Positions 48,333-61,500 of a stretch of 64,000 nucleotides of DNA are shown here, in pieces (the first letter of the stretch is position 1; each line of letters starts with the position of its first letter). The notes beneath the pieces were generated by a model. The model saw only the letters and a list, made by a program, of their open reading frames with translations. It made no database searches and had not been told where the DNA came from. The stretch is from assembly GCA_964035545.1 (NCBI GenBank), contig CAXIUT010000183.1, positions 558,001-622,000 on the forward strand. The letters run 5' to 3'. The position numbers and the translations under genes were made by a program. The stretch comes from Bugula neritina (taxonomy: Eukaryota > Animalia > Bryozoa).

Positions 48333-51300
48333 TACAGAAATAGGTGGTAAACTACTGAAATATACTGTAACACATTGAAAAATACTGCAACATACTGAAA
48401 TATACTGCGACACATTGAAATATACTGCAATATACCAATATATATGGTAAACTGCTGAAATATACTTTAACACAATGAAAAATACTGCAACATACTGAAA
48501 TATACTGTAACACACTGAAATATACTGCAACATACTGAAATACACTGTAACATACTGAAATAAACTGCAACATACCAAAATATATAGTAAACTACTGAAA
48601 TATACTTTAACACATTGAAAAATCCTGCAACATACTAAAATATACTCTAACACACTGCAAGATACTGCAACATACCGAAATACACTGTAACATAGTGAAA
48701 CGCACTGCAACATACTGCATTATACTGACATACACTGGAACATATTGAAATACACTGCAACATCCTACAACATGCTGAAATACGCTGTAACATATTGAAA
48801 TACACTGCAACACATTGAAAAATACTGCTACATACCGAAATATATGGTAAACTATTGAATTATACTGTAACACATTGAAAAATACTGAAACAAACTGAAA
48901 TATACTCTGACACAATGCAAAATACTGTAACATACTGAAATATGCTGTAGCACACTGAAATACACTGCAACTCACTGAAATATACTGCAACATACTGAAA
49001 AACACTGTAACATATTGAGACATACTGCAACATACTGCAACATACTGAAATACACTGTAACATACTGAAATACATTGCAAAATACTGCAACATATTGAAA
49101 TACACTGCAGCATCCTACAACATGCTGAAATACACTGTAACATATTGAAATACACTGCAACACATTGAAATATACTGCAACATACCGCAATATATGGTAA
49201 ACTACTGAAATATACTGTAACACATTGAAAAATACTGCATCATACTGAAATATACTGCGACATAATGCAATATTCTGTAACATACTGAGATATGCTGTAG
49301 CACACTGAAATACACTACAACTCACTGAAACATACTGCAACATACTGAAATACACTGTAACATCCTACAACATACTGAAATACACAGTAACATATTGAAA
49401 TACACTGCAACACATTGAAATATACTGCAACATACCTAAATATACGGTAATATACTGAAAAATACTGTAACACATTGAAAAATACTGCAACATACTGAAA
49501 TATACTGCGACACATTGCAATATACTGTAACATACTGAAATATGCTCTAGCACACTGAAATACACTGCAACCCACTGAAATATACTGCAACATACGGAAA
49601 TACACTGCAACACATTGAAATACACTGCAACATACCAAAATAAATGGTAAACTACTGAAATATACTTTAACACATTGAAAAATACTGCAACATACTGAAA
49701 TATACTGTAACACACTGAAATATACTGCAACATACTGAAATACACTGTAACATACTGAAATAAACTGCAACATACTGAAGTACACTGCAACATCCTACAA
49801 CATACTGAAATACAATGTAACATATTGAAATACACTGCAACACATTGAAATATACTGCAATGTACCGAATTATATGGCTGACTACTGAAATATACTGTAA
49901 CACACTGAAAAATACTGCAAGATACTGAAATATACTGCGACACATTGCAATATACTGTAACATACTGAAATATGCTACAGCACACTGAAATACACTGCAA
50001 CTCACTGAAATATACTGCAACATATTGAAATACACTGCAACATTCTACAACATGCTGAAACACACTCTAACGTATTGAAATACACTGCAACACATTGAAA
50101 TATACAGCAACATACCGAAATATATGGTAAACTACTGAAATAGACTGTAACACATTGCAAGAGACTGCAACATACTGAAATATACTGCGACACAATGCAA
50201 TATACTGTAACATACTGAAATATGCTCTAGCACACTGAAATACACTGCAACTCACTGAAATATACTGCAACATACTGAAATACACTGCAACACATTGAAA
50301 TATACTGCAACCTACAGAAATAGGTGGTAAACTACTGAAATATACTGTAACACATTGAAAAATACTGCAACATACTGAAATATACTGCGACACATTGAAA
50401 TATACTGCAATATACCAATATATATGGTAAACTGCTGAAATATACTTTAACACAATGAAAAATACTGCAACATACTGAAATATACTGTAACACACTGAAA
50501 TATACTGCAACATACTGAAATACACTGTAACATACTGAAATAAACTGCAACATACCAAAATATATAGTAAACTACTGAAATATTCTTTAACACATTGAAA
50601 AATCCTGCAACATACTAAAATATACTCTAACACACTGCAAGATACTGCAACATACCGAAATACACTGTAACATAGTGAAACGCACTGCAACATACTGCAT
50701 TATACTGACATACACTGGAACATATTGAAATACACTGCAACATCCTACAACATGCTGAAATACGCTGTAACATATTGAAATACACTGCAACACATTGAAA
50801 AATACTGCTACATACCGAAATATATGGTAAACTATTGAATTATACTGTAACACATTGAAAAATACTGAAACAAACTGAAATATACTCTGACACAATGCAA
50901 AATACTGTAACATACTGAAATATGCTGTAGCACACTGAAATACACTGCAACTCACTGAAATATACTGCAACATACTGAAAAACACTGTAACATATTGAGA
51001 CATACTGCAACATACTGCAACATACTGAAATACACTGTAACATACTGAAATACATTGCAAAATACTGCAACATATTGAAATACACTGCAGCATCCTACAA
51101 CATGCTGAAATACACTGTAACATATTGAAATACACTGCAACACATTGAAATATACTGCAACATACCGCAATATATGGTAAACTACTGAAATATACTGTAA
51201 CACATTGAAAAATACTGCATCATACTGAAATATACTGCGACATAATGCAATATTCTGTAACATACTGAGATATGCTGTAGCACACTGAAATACACTACAA

Positions 51301-51470
51301 CTCACTGAAACATACTGCAACATACTGAAATACACTGTAACATCCTACAACATACTGAAATACACAGTAACATATTGAAATACACTGCAACACATTGAAA
51401 TATACTGCAACATACCTAAATATACGGTAATATACTGAAAAATACTGTAACACATTGAAAAATACTGCAA
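48333..51470. repeat. ~1.16-kb block duplicated at offset 1980 (~48333-49490 vs ~50313-51470)
   Basis: ORF pairs 48352/50332, 48607/50587 and 48972/50952. Shared private variants TATATAGTAA (48581/50561), TATACTCTAA, CGCACTGCAA and AATACTGCTA. Confidence 0.9.
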
Positions 51471-54400
51471 GATACTGAAATATACTGTGACACATTGCAA
51501 TATACTATAACATACTGAAATATGCTCAAGCACACTGAAACACACTGCACCTCACTGAAACATACTGCAACATACTGAAATACACTGCAACATCCTACAA
51601 CATACTGAAATACACTGCAACATATTGAAAGACACTGCAAGACAATGAAATATACTGCAACATACTGAAATATACCGTAACACACTAAAATATACTGCAA
51701 CATACTGAAATACACTGCTACATACTGAAATATACTGCAACATACTGCAACATACTGAAATACACTGTAACATACTGAAATACACTGCAACAAACTACAA
51801 CATATTGAAATACACTGCAACACATTGAAATATACTGCAACATACCTAAATATACGGTAATATAGCGGAAAAAAACTGTAACAGATTGACAAATTCTGCA
51901 ACATACTGAAATATACTGCGACACATTGCAATATACTGTAACATACTGAAATATGCTCTAGCACACTGAAATACACTGCAACCCACTGAAATATACTGCA
52001 ACATACGGAAATACACTGCAACACATTGAAATACACTGCAACATACCAAAATAAATGGTAAACTACTGAAATATACTTTAACACATTGAAAAATACTGCA
52101 ACATACTGAAATATACTGTAACACACTGAAATATACTGCAACATACTGAAATACACTGTAACATATTGAAATACACTGCAACAAACTACAACATATTGAA
52201 ATACACTGCAACGCATTGAAAGACACTGCAACACATTGAAATATACTGCAATATACCAATATATATGGTAAACTGCTGAAATATACTTTAACACAATGAA
52301 AAATACTGCAACATACTGAAATATACTGTAACACACTGAAATATACTGCAACATACTGCAACAATCTGAAATACACTGTAACATACTGAAATACACTGCA
52401 ACAAACTACAACATATTGAAATACACTGCAACACATTGAAATATACTACAACATACATAAATATACGGTAATATACCGAAAAAAAAACTGTAACAGATTG
52501 AAAAATTCTGCAACATACTGAAATAAACTGCAACACACTGAAATACACCGCAAAATACTACAACATACTGAAATACACTGTAACATATTGAAATACACTG
52601 CAACACTTTGAAATATACTGCAACATACCGAAATATATGTTAAACTACTAAAATATACTGTAACACTTTGAAAAACAGTGCAACATACTGAAATATACTG
52701 CGACACTTTGCAATGTACTGTAACATACTGAAATATGCTGTAGCACACTGAAATACACTGCAACTCACTGAAATATACTGCAACATATTGAAATACACTG
52801 CAACATCCTACAACATGCTAAAATACACGGTAACATATTGAAATACAGTACAACACGTTGAAATATACTGCAACATACCGGAATATATGGTAAAGTACTG
52901 AAATATACTGTAACACACTGAAAAATACTGCAACATACTGAAATATACTGCGACACATTGCAATATACTGCAACATACCAAAATATATGGTAAACTACTG
53001 AAATATACTTTAACACATTGAAAAATACTGCAACATACTGAAATATACTGTAACACACTGAAATATACTGCAACATACTGAAATACACTGTAACATACTG
53101 AAATAAACTGCAACATACCAAAATATATGGTAAACTACTGAAATATACTTTAACACATTGAAAAATCCTGCGACATACTAAAATATACTGTAACACACTG
53201 CAAGATACTGCAACATACTGAAATACACTGAAACATACTGAAATAAACTGCAACATACCAAAATATATGGTAAACTACTGAAATATACTGTAACACACTG
53301 AAAATTACTGCAACATACTGAAATATACTGTAACACACTGAAATATACTGCAACAAACTGAAATACACTGTAACATATTGAAATAAACTGCAACATACCA
53401 AAATATATGGTGAACTACTGAAATATACTTTAACACATTGAAAAATACTGCAACATACTAAAATATACCGTAACACACTGCAAGATACTGCAACATACCG
53501 AAATACACTGTAACATACTGAAACACACTGCAACATACTGCATTATACTGACATACACTGGAACATATTGAAATACACTGCAACACAATGAAATATACTG
53601 CAACATACCAAAATATATGGTAAACTACTGAAATATACTTTAACACATTGAAAAATACTGCAACATACTGAAATATACTGTAACACACTGAAATATACTG
53701 CAACATACTGAAATACACTGTAACATACTGAAATAAACTGTAACATACTGAAATACACTGCAACATCCTACAACATACTGAATTACACTGTAACATTGTG
53801 AAATACACTGCAACACATTGAAAAATACTGCAACATACCGAAATATACGGTAAACTATTGAATTATACTGTAACACATTGAAAAATACTGAAACACACTG
53901 AAATATACTCTGACACAATGCAATATACTGTAACATACTGAAATATGCTGTAGCACACTGAAATACACTGCAACTCACTGAAATATACTACAACATACTG
54001 AAAAACACTGTAACATATTGAAACATACTGCAACATACTACAACATATTGAAAGACACTGCAACACATTGAAATATACTGCAACATACCTAAATATCCGG
54101 TAATATACTGAAATATACTGTAACACATTGAAAAATACTACAACATACTGAAACACACTGTAACATATTGAAATACACTGCAACACATTGAAATATACTG
54201 CAACCTATAGAAATATATGGTAAACTACTGAAATATACTGTAACACATTGAAAAATACTGCAACATACTGAAACATACTGCGACACATTGCAATATACAG
54301 TAACATACTGAAACATGCTGTAGCACTCTGAAATAGACTGCAGCTCACTGAAATATACTGCAACATACTGAAATACACTGCTACATACTGAAATATACTG

Positions 54401-55564
54401 CAACATACTGCAACATACTGAAATACACTGTAACATACTGAAATACACTGCAACAAACTACAACATATTGAAATACACTGCAACACATTGAAATATACTG
54501 CAACATACCTAAATATACGATAATATACCGAAAAAAAAACTGTAACAAATTGAAAAATTCTGCAACATACTGAAATAAACTGCAACACACTGAAATACAG
54601 CGCAAAATACTACAACATACTGAAATACACTGTAACATATTGAAATACACTGCAACACTTTGAAATATACTGCAACATACCGAAATATATGGTAAACTAC
54701 TAAAATATACTGTAACACTTTGAAAAATAGTGCAACACACTGAAATATACTCTGACACATCGCAATATACTGTAACATACTGAAATATGCTGTAGCACAC
54801 TGAAATACATTGCAACTCACTGAAATATACTGCAACATACTGAAATACACTGTAACATATTGAAAAATACTGCAACATACTGCAACATACTGAAATACAC
54901 TGCAACATATTGAAAGACACTGCAAGACAATGAAATATACTGCAACATACTGAAATATACTGTAACACACTGAAATATACTGCAACATACTGAAATACAC
55001 TGCTACATACTGAAATATACTGCAACATACTGCAACATACTGAAATACACTGTAACATACTGAAATACACTGCAACAAACTACAACATATTGAAATACAC
55101 TGCAACACATTGAAATATACTGCAACATACCTAAATATACGGTAATATACCGAAAAAAAAACTGTAACAGATTGAAAAATTCTGCAACATACTGAAATAA
55201 ACTGCAACACACTGAAATACACCGCAAAATACTACAACATACTGAAATACACTGTAACATATTGAAATACACTGCAACACTTTGAAATATACTGCAACAT
55301 ACCTAAATATACGGTAATATAGCAGAAAAAAACTGTAACAGATTGACAAATTCTGCAACATACTGAAATATACTGCGACACATTGCAATATACTGTAACA
55401 TACTGAAATATGCTCTAGCACACTTAAATACACTGCAACCCACTGAAATATACTGCAACATACGGAAATACACTGCAACACATTGAAATACACTGCAACA
55501 TACCAAAATAAATGGTAAACTACTGAAATATACTTTAACACATTGAAAAACACTGCAACATACT

Positions 55565-58500
55565 GAAATATACTGTAACACACTGAAATATACTGCAACA
55601 TACTGAAATACACTGTAACATATTGAAACACACTGCAACAAACTACAACATATTGAAATACACTGCAACGCATTGAAAGACACTGCAACACATTGAAATA
55701 TACTGCAATATACCAATATATATGGTAAACTGCTGAAATATACTTTAACACATTGAAAAATACTGCAACATACTGAAATATACTGTAACACACTGAAATA
55801 TACTGCAACATACTGCAACAATCTGAAATACACCGTAACATACTGAAATACACTGCAACAAACTACAACATATTGAAATACACTGCAACACATTGAAATA
55901 TACTGCAACATACCTAAATATACGGTAATATACCGAAAAAAAAACTGTAACAGATTGAAAAATTCTGCAACATACTGAAATAAACTGCAACACACTGAAA
56001 TACACCGCAAAATACTACAACATACTGAAATACACTGTAACATATTGAAATACACTGCAACACTTTGAAATATACTGCAACATACCGAAATATATGTTAA
56101 ACTACTAAAATATACTGTAACACTTTGAAAAACAGTGCAACATACTGAAATATACTGCGACACTTTGCAATGTACTGTAACATACTGAAATATGCTGTAG
56201 CACACTGAAATACACTGCAACTCACTGAAATATACTGCAACATATTGAAATACACTGCAACATCCTACAACATGCTAAAATACACGGTAACATATTGAAA
56301 TACAGTACAACACGTTGAAATATACTGCAACATACCGGAATATATGGTAAAGTACTGAAATATACTGTAACACACTGAAAAATACTGCAACATACTGAAA
56401 TATACTGCGACACATTGCAAGATACTGCAACATACCAAAATATATGGTAAACTACTGAAATATACTTTAACACATTGAAAAATACTGCAACATAATGAAA
56501 TATACTGTAACACACTGAAATATACTGCAACATACCGAAATACACTGTAACATACTGAAACACACTGCAACATACTGCATTATACTGACATACACTGGAA
56601 CATATTGAAATACACTGCAACACAATGAAATATACTGCAACATACCAAAATATATGGTAAACTACTGAAATATACTTTAACACATTGAAAAATACTGCAA
56701 CATACTGAAATATACTGTAACACACCGAAATATACTGCAACATACTGAAATACACTGTAACATACTGAAATAAACTGTAACATACTGAAATACACTGCAA
56801 CATCCTACAACATACTGAACTACACTGTAACATTGTGAAATACACTGCAACACATTGAAAAATACTGCAACATACCGAAGTATACGGTAAACTATTGAAT
56901 TATACTGTAACACATTGAAAAATACTGAAACACACTGAAATATACTCTGACACAATGCAATATACTGTAACATACTGAAATATGCTGTAGCACACTGAAA
57001 TACACTGCAACTCACTGAAATATACTACAACATACTGAAAAACACTGTAACATATTGAAACATACTGCAACATACTACAACATATTGAAAGACACTGCAA
57101 CACATTGAAATATACTGCAACATACCTAAATATCCGGTAATATACTGAAATATACTGTAACACATTGAAAAATACTACAACATACTGAAATACACTGTAA
57201 CATACTGAAATACACTGCAACAAACTACAACACATTGAAATACACTGCAACACATTGAAATATACTGCAACATACCTAAATATACGGTAATATACCGAAA
57301 AAAAAACTGTAACAGATTGAAAAATTCTGCAACATACTGAAATAAACGGCAACACACTGAAATACAGCGGAAAATACTACAACATACTGAAATACACTGT
57401 AACATATTGAAATACACTGCAACACTTTGAAATATACTGCAACATACCGAAATATATGGTAAACTACTAAAATATACTGTAACACTTTGAAAAATAGTGC
57501 AACACACTGAAATATACTCTGACACATTGCAATATACTGTAACATACTGAAATATGCTGTAGCACACTGAAATACATTGCAACTCACTGAAATATACTGC
57601 AACATACTGAAATCCACTGTAACATATTGAAAAATACTGCAACATACTACAACATACTGAAATACACTGTAACACATTGAAATATACTACAACATACCTA
57701 AATATCCGGTAATATACTGAAATATACTGTAACACATTGAAAAATACTGCAACATACTGAAATACACTGCAACCCACTGAAATACATCGCAAAATACTAC
57801 AACATACTGAAATACACTGTAACATATTGAAATACACTGCAACATACTGAAATACATTGCAAAATACTGCAACATATTGAAATACACTGCAGCATCCTAC
57901 AACATGCTGAAATACACTGTAACATATTGAAATACACTGCAACACATTGAAATATACTGCAACATACCGCAATATATGGTAAACTACTGAAATATACTGT
58001 AACACATTGAAAAATACTGCATCATACTGAAATATACTGCGACACAATGCAATATTCTGTAACATACTGAGATGTGCTGTAGCACACTGAAATACACTAC
58101 AACTCACTGAAACATACTGCAACATACTGAAATACACTGTAACATCCTACAACATACTGAAATACACAGTAACATATTGAAATACACTGCAACACATTGA
58201 AATATACTGCAACATACCTAAATATACGGTAATATACTGAAAAATACTGTAACACATTGAAAAATACTGCAAGATACTGAAATATACTGTGACACATTGC
58301 AATATACTGTAACATACTGAAATATGCTCAAGCACACTGAAACACACTGCACCTCACTGAAACATACTGCAACATACTGAAATACACTGCAACATCCTAC
58401 AACATACTGAAATACACTGCAACATATTGAAAGACACTGCAAGACAATGAAATATACTGCAACATACTGAAATATACCGTAACACACTGAAATATACTGC

Positions 58501-61500
58501 AACATACTGAAATACACTGCTACATACTGAAATATACTGCAACATACTGCAACATACTGAAATACACTGTAACATACTGAAATACACTGCAACAAACTAC
58601 AACATATTGAAATACACTGCAACACATTGAAATATACTGCAACATACCTAAATATACGGTAATATAGCAGAAAAAAACTGTAACAGATTGACAAATTCTG
58701 CAACATACTGAAATATACTGCGACACATTGCAATATACTGTAACATACGGAAATACACTGCAACACATTGAAATACACTGCAACATACCAAAATAAATGG
58801 TAAACTACTGAAATATACTTTAACACATTGAAAAATACTGCAACATACTGAAATATACTGTAACACACTGAAATATACTGCAACATACTGAAATACACTG
58901 TAACATATTGAAATACACTGCAACAAACTACAACATATTGAAATACACTGCAACGCATTGAAAGACACTGCAACACATTGAAATATACTGCAATATACCA
59001 ATATATATGGTAAACTGCTGAAATATACTTTAACACAATGAAAAATACTGCAACATACTGAAATATACTGTAACACACTGAAATATACTGCAACATACTG
59101 CAACAATCTGAAATACACTGTAACATACTGAAATACACTGCAACAAACTACAACATATTGAAATACACTGCAACACATTGAAATATACTGCAACATACCT
59201 AAATATACGATAATATACCGAAAAAAAAACTGTAACAGATTGAAAAATTCTGCAACATACTGAAATAAACTGCAACACACTGAAATACAGCGCAAAATAC
59301 TACAACATACTGAAATACACTGTAACATATTGAAATACACTGCAACACTTTGAAATATACTGCAACATACCGAAATATATGGTAAACTACTAAAATATAC
59401 TGTAACACTTTGAAAAATAGTGCAACACACTGAAATATACTCTGACACATTGCAATATACTGTAACATACTGAAATATGCTGTAGCACACTGAAATACAT
59501 TGCAACTCACTGAAATATACTGCAACATACTGAAATACACTGTAACATATTGAAAAATACTGCAACATACTGCAACATACTGAAATACACTGCAACATAT
59601 TGAAAGACACTGCAAGACAATGAAATATACTGCAACATACTGAAATATACTGTAACACACTGAAATATACTGCAACATACTGAAATACACTGCTACATAC
59701 TGAAATATACTGCAACATACTGCAACATACTGAAATACACTGTAACATACTGAAATACACTGCAACAAACTACAACATATTGAAATACACTGCAACACAT
59801 TGAAATATACTGCAACATACCTAAATATACGGTAATATAGCGGAAAAAAACTGTAACAGATTGACAAATTCTGCAACATACTGAAATATACTGCGACACA
59901 TTGCAATATACTGTAACATACTGAAATATGCTCTAGCACACTTAAATACACTGCAACCCACTGAAATATACTGCAACATACGGAAATACACTGCAACACA
60001 TTGAAATACACTGCAACATACCAAAATAAATGGTAAACTACTGAAATATACTTTAACACATTGAAAAACACTGCAACATACTGAAATATACTGTAACACA
60101 ATGAAATATACTGCAACATACTGAAATACACTGTAACATATTGAAACACACTGCAACAAACTACAATATATTGAAATACACTGCAACGCATTGAAAGACA
60201 CTGCAACACATTGAAATATACTGCAATATACCAATATATATGGTAAACTGCTGAAATATACTTTAACACATTGAAAAATACTGCAACATACTGAAATATA
60301 CTGTAACACACTGAAATATACTGCAACATACTGCAACAATCTGAAATACACCGTAACATACTGAAATACACTGCAACAAACTACAACATATTGAAATACA
60401 CTGCAACACATTGAAATATACTGCAACATACCTAAATATACGGTAATATACCGAAAAAAAAACTGTAACAGATTGAAAAATTCTGCAACATACTGAAATA
60501 AACTGCAACACACTGAAATACACCGCAAAATACTACAACATACTGAAATACACTGTAACATATTGAAATACACTGCAACACTTTGAAATATACTGCAACA
60601 TACCGAAATATACTGTAACACACTGAAATATACTGCAACATACTGAAATACACTGTAACATATTGAAACACACTGCAACAAACTACAACATATTGAAATA
60701 CACTGCAACGCATTGAAAGACACTGCAACACATTGAAATATACTGCAATATACCAATATATATGGTAAACTGCTGAAATATACTTTAACACATTGAAAAA
60801 TACTGCAACATACTGAAATATACTGTAACACACTGAAATATACTGCAACATACTGCAACAATCTGAAATACACCGTAACATACTGAAATACACTGCAACA
60901 AACTACAACATATTGAAATACACTGCAACACATTGAAATATACTGCAACATACCTAAATATACGGTAATATACCGAAAAAAAAACTGTAACAGATTGAAA
61001 AATTCTGCAACATACTGAAATAAACTGCAACACACTGAAATACACCGCAAAATACTACAACATACTGAAATACACTGTAACATATTGAAATACACTGCAA
61101 CACTTTGAAATATACTGCAACATACCGAAATATATGTTAAACTACTAAAATATACTGTAACACTTTGAAAAACAGTGCAACATACTGAAATATACTGCGA
61201 CACTTTGCAATGTACTGTAACATACTGAAATATGCTGTAGCACACTGAAATACACTGCAACTCACTGAAATATACTGCAACATATTGAAATACACTGCAA
61301 CATCCTACAACATGCTAAAATACACGGTAACATATTGAAATACAGTACAACACGTTGAAATATACTGCAACATACCGGAATATATGGTAAAGTACTGAAA
61401 TATACTGTAACACACTGAAAAATACTGCAACATACTGAAATATACTGCGACACATTGCAAGATACTGCAACATACCAAAATATATGGTAAACTACTGAAA

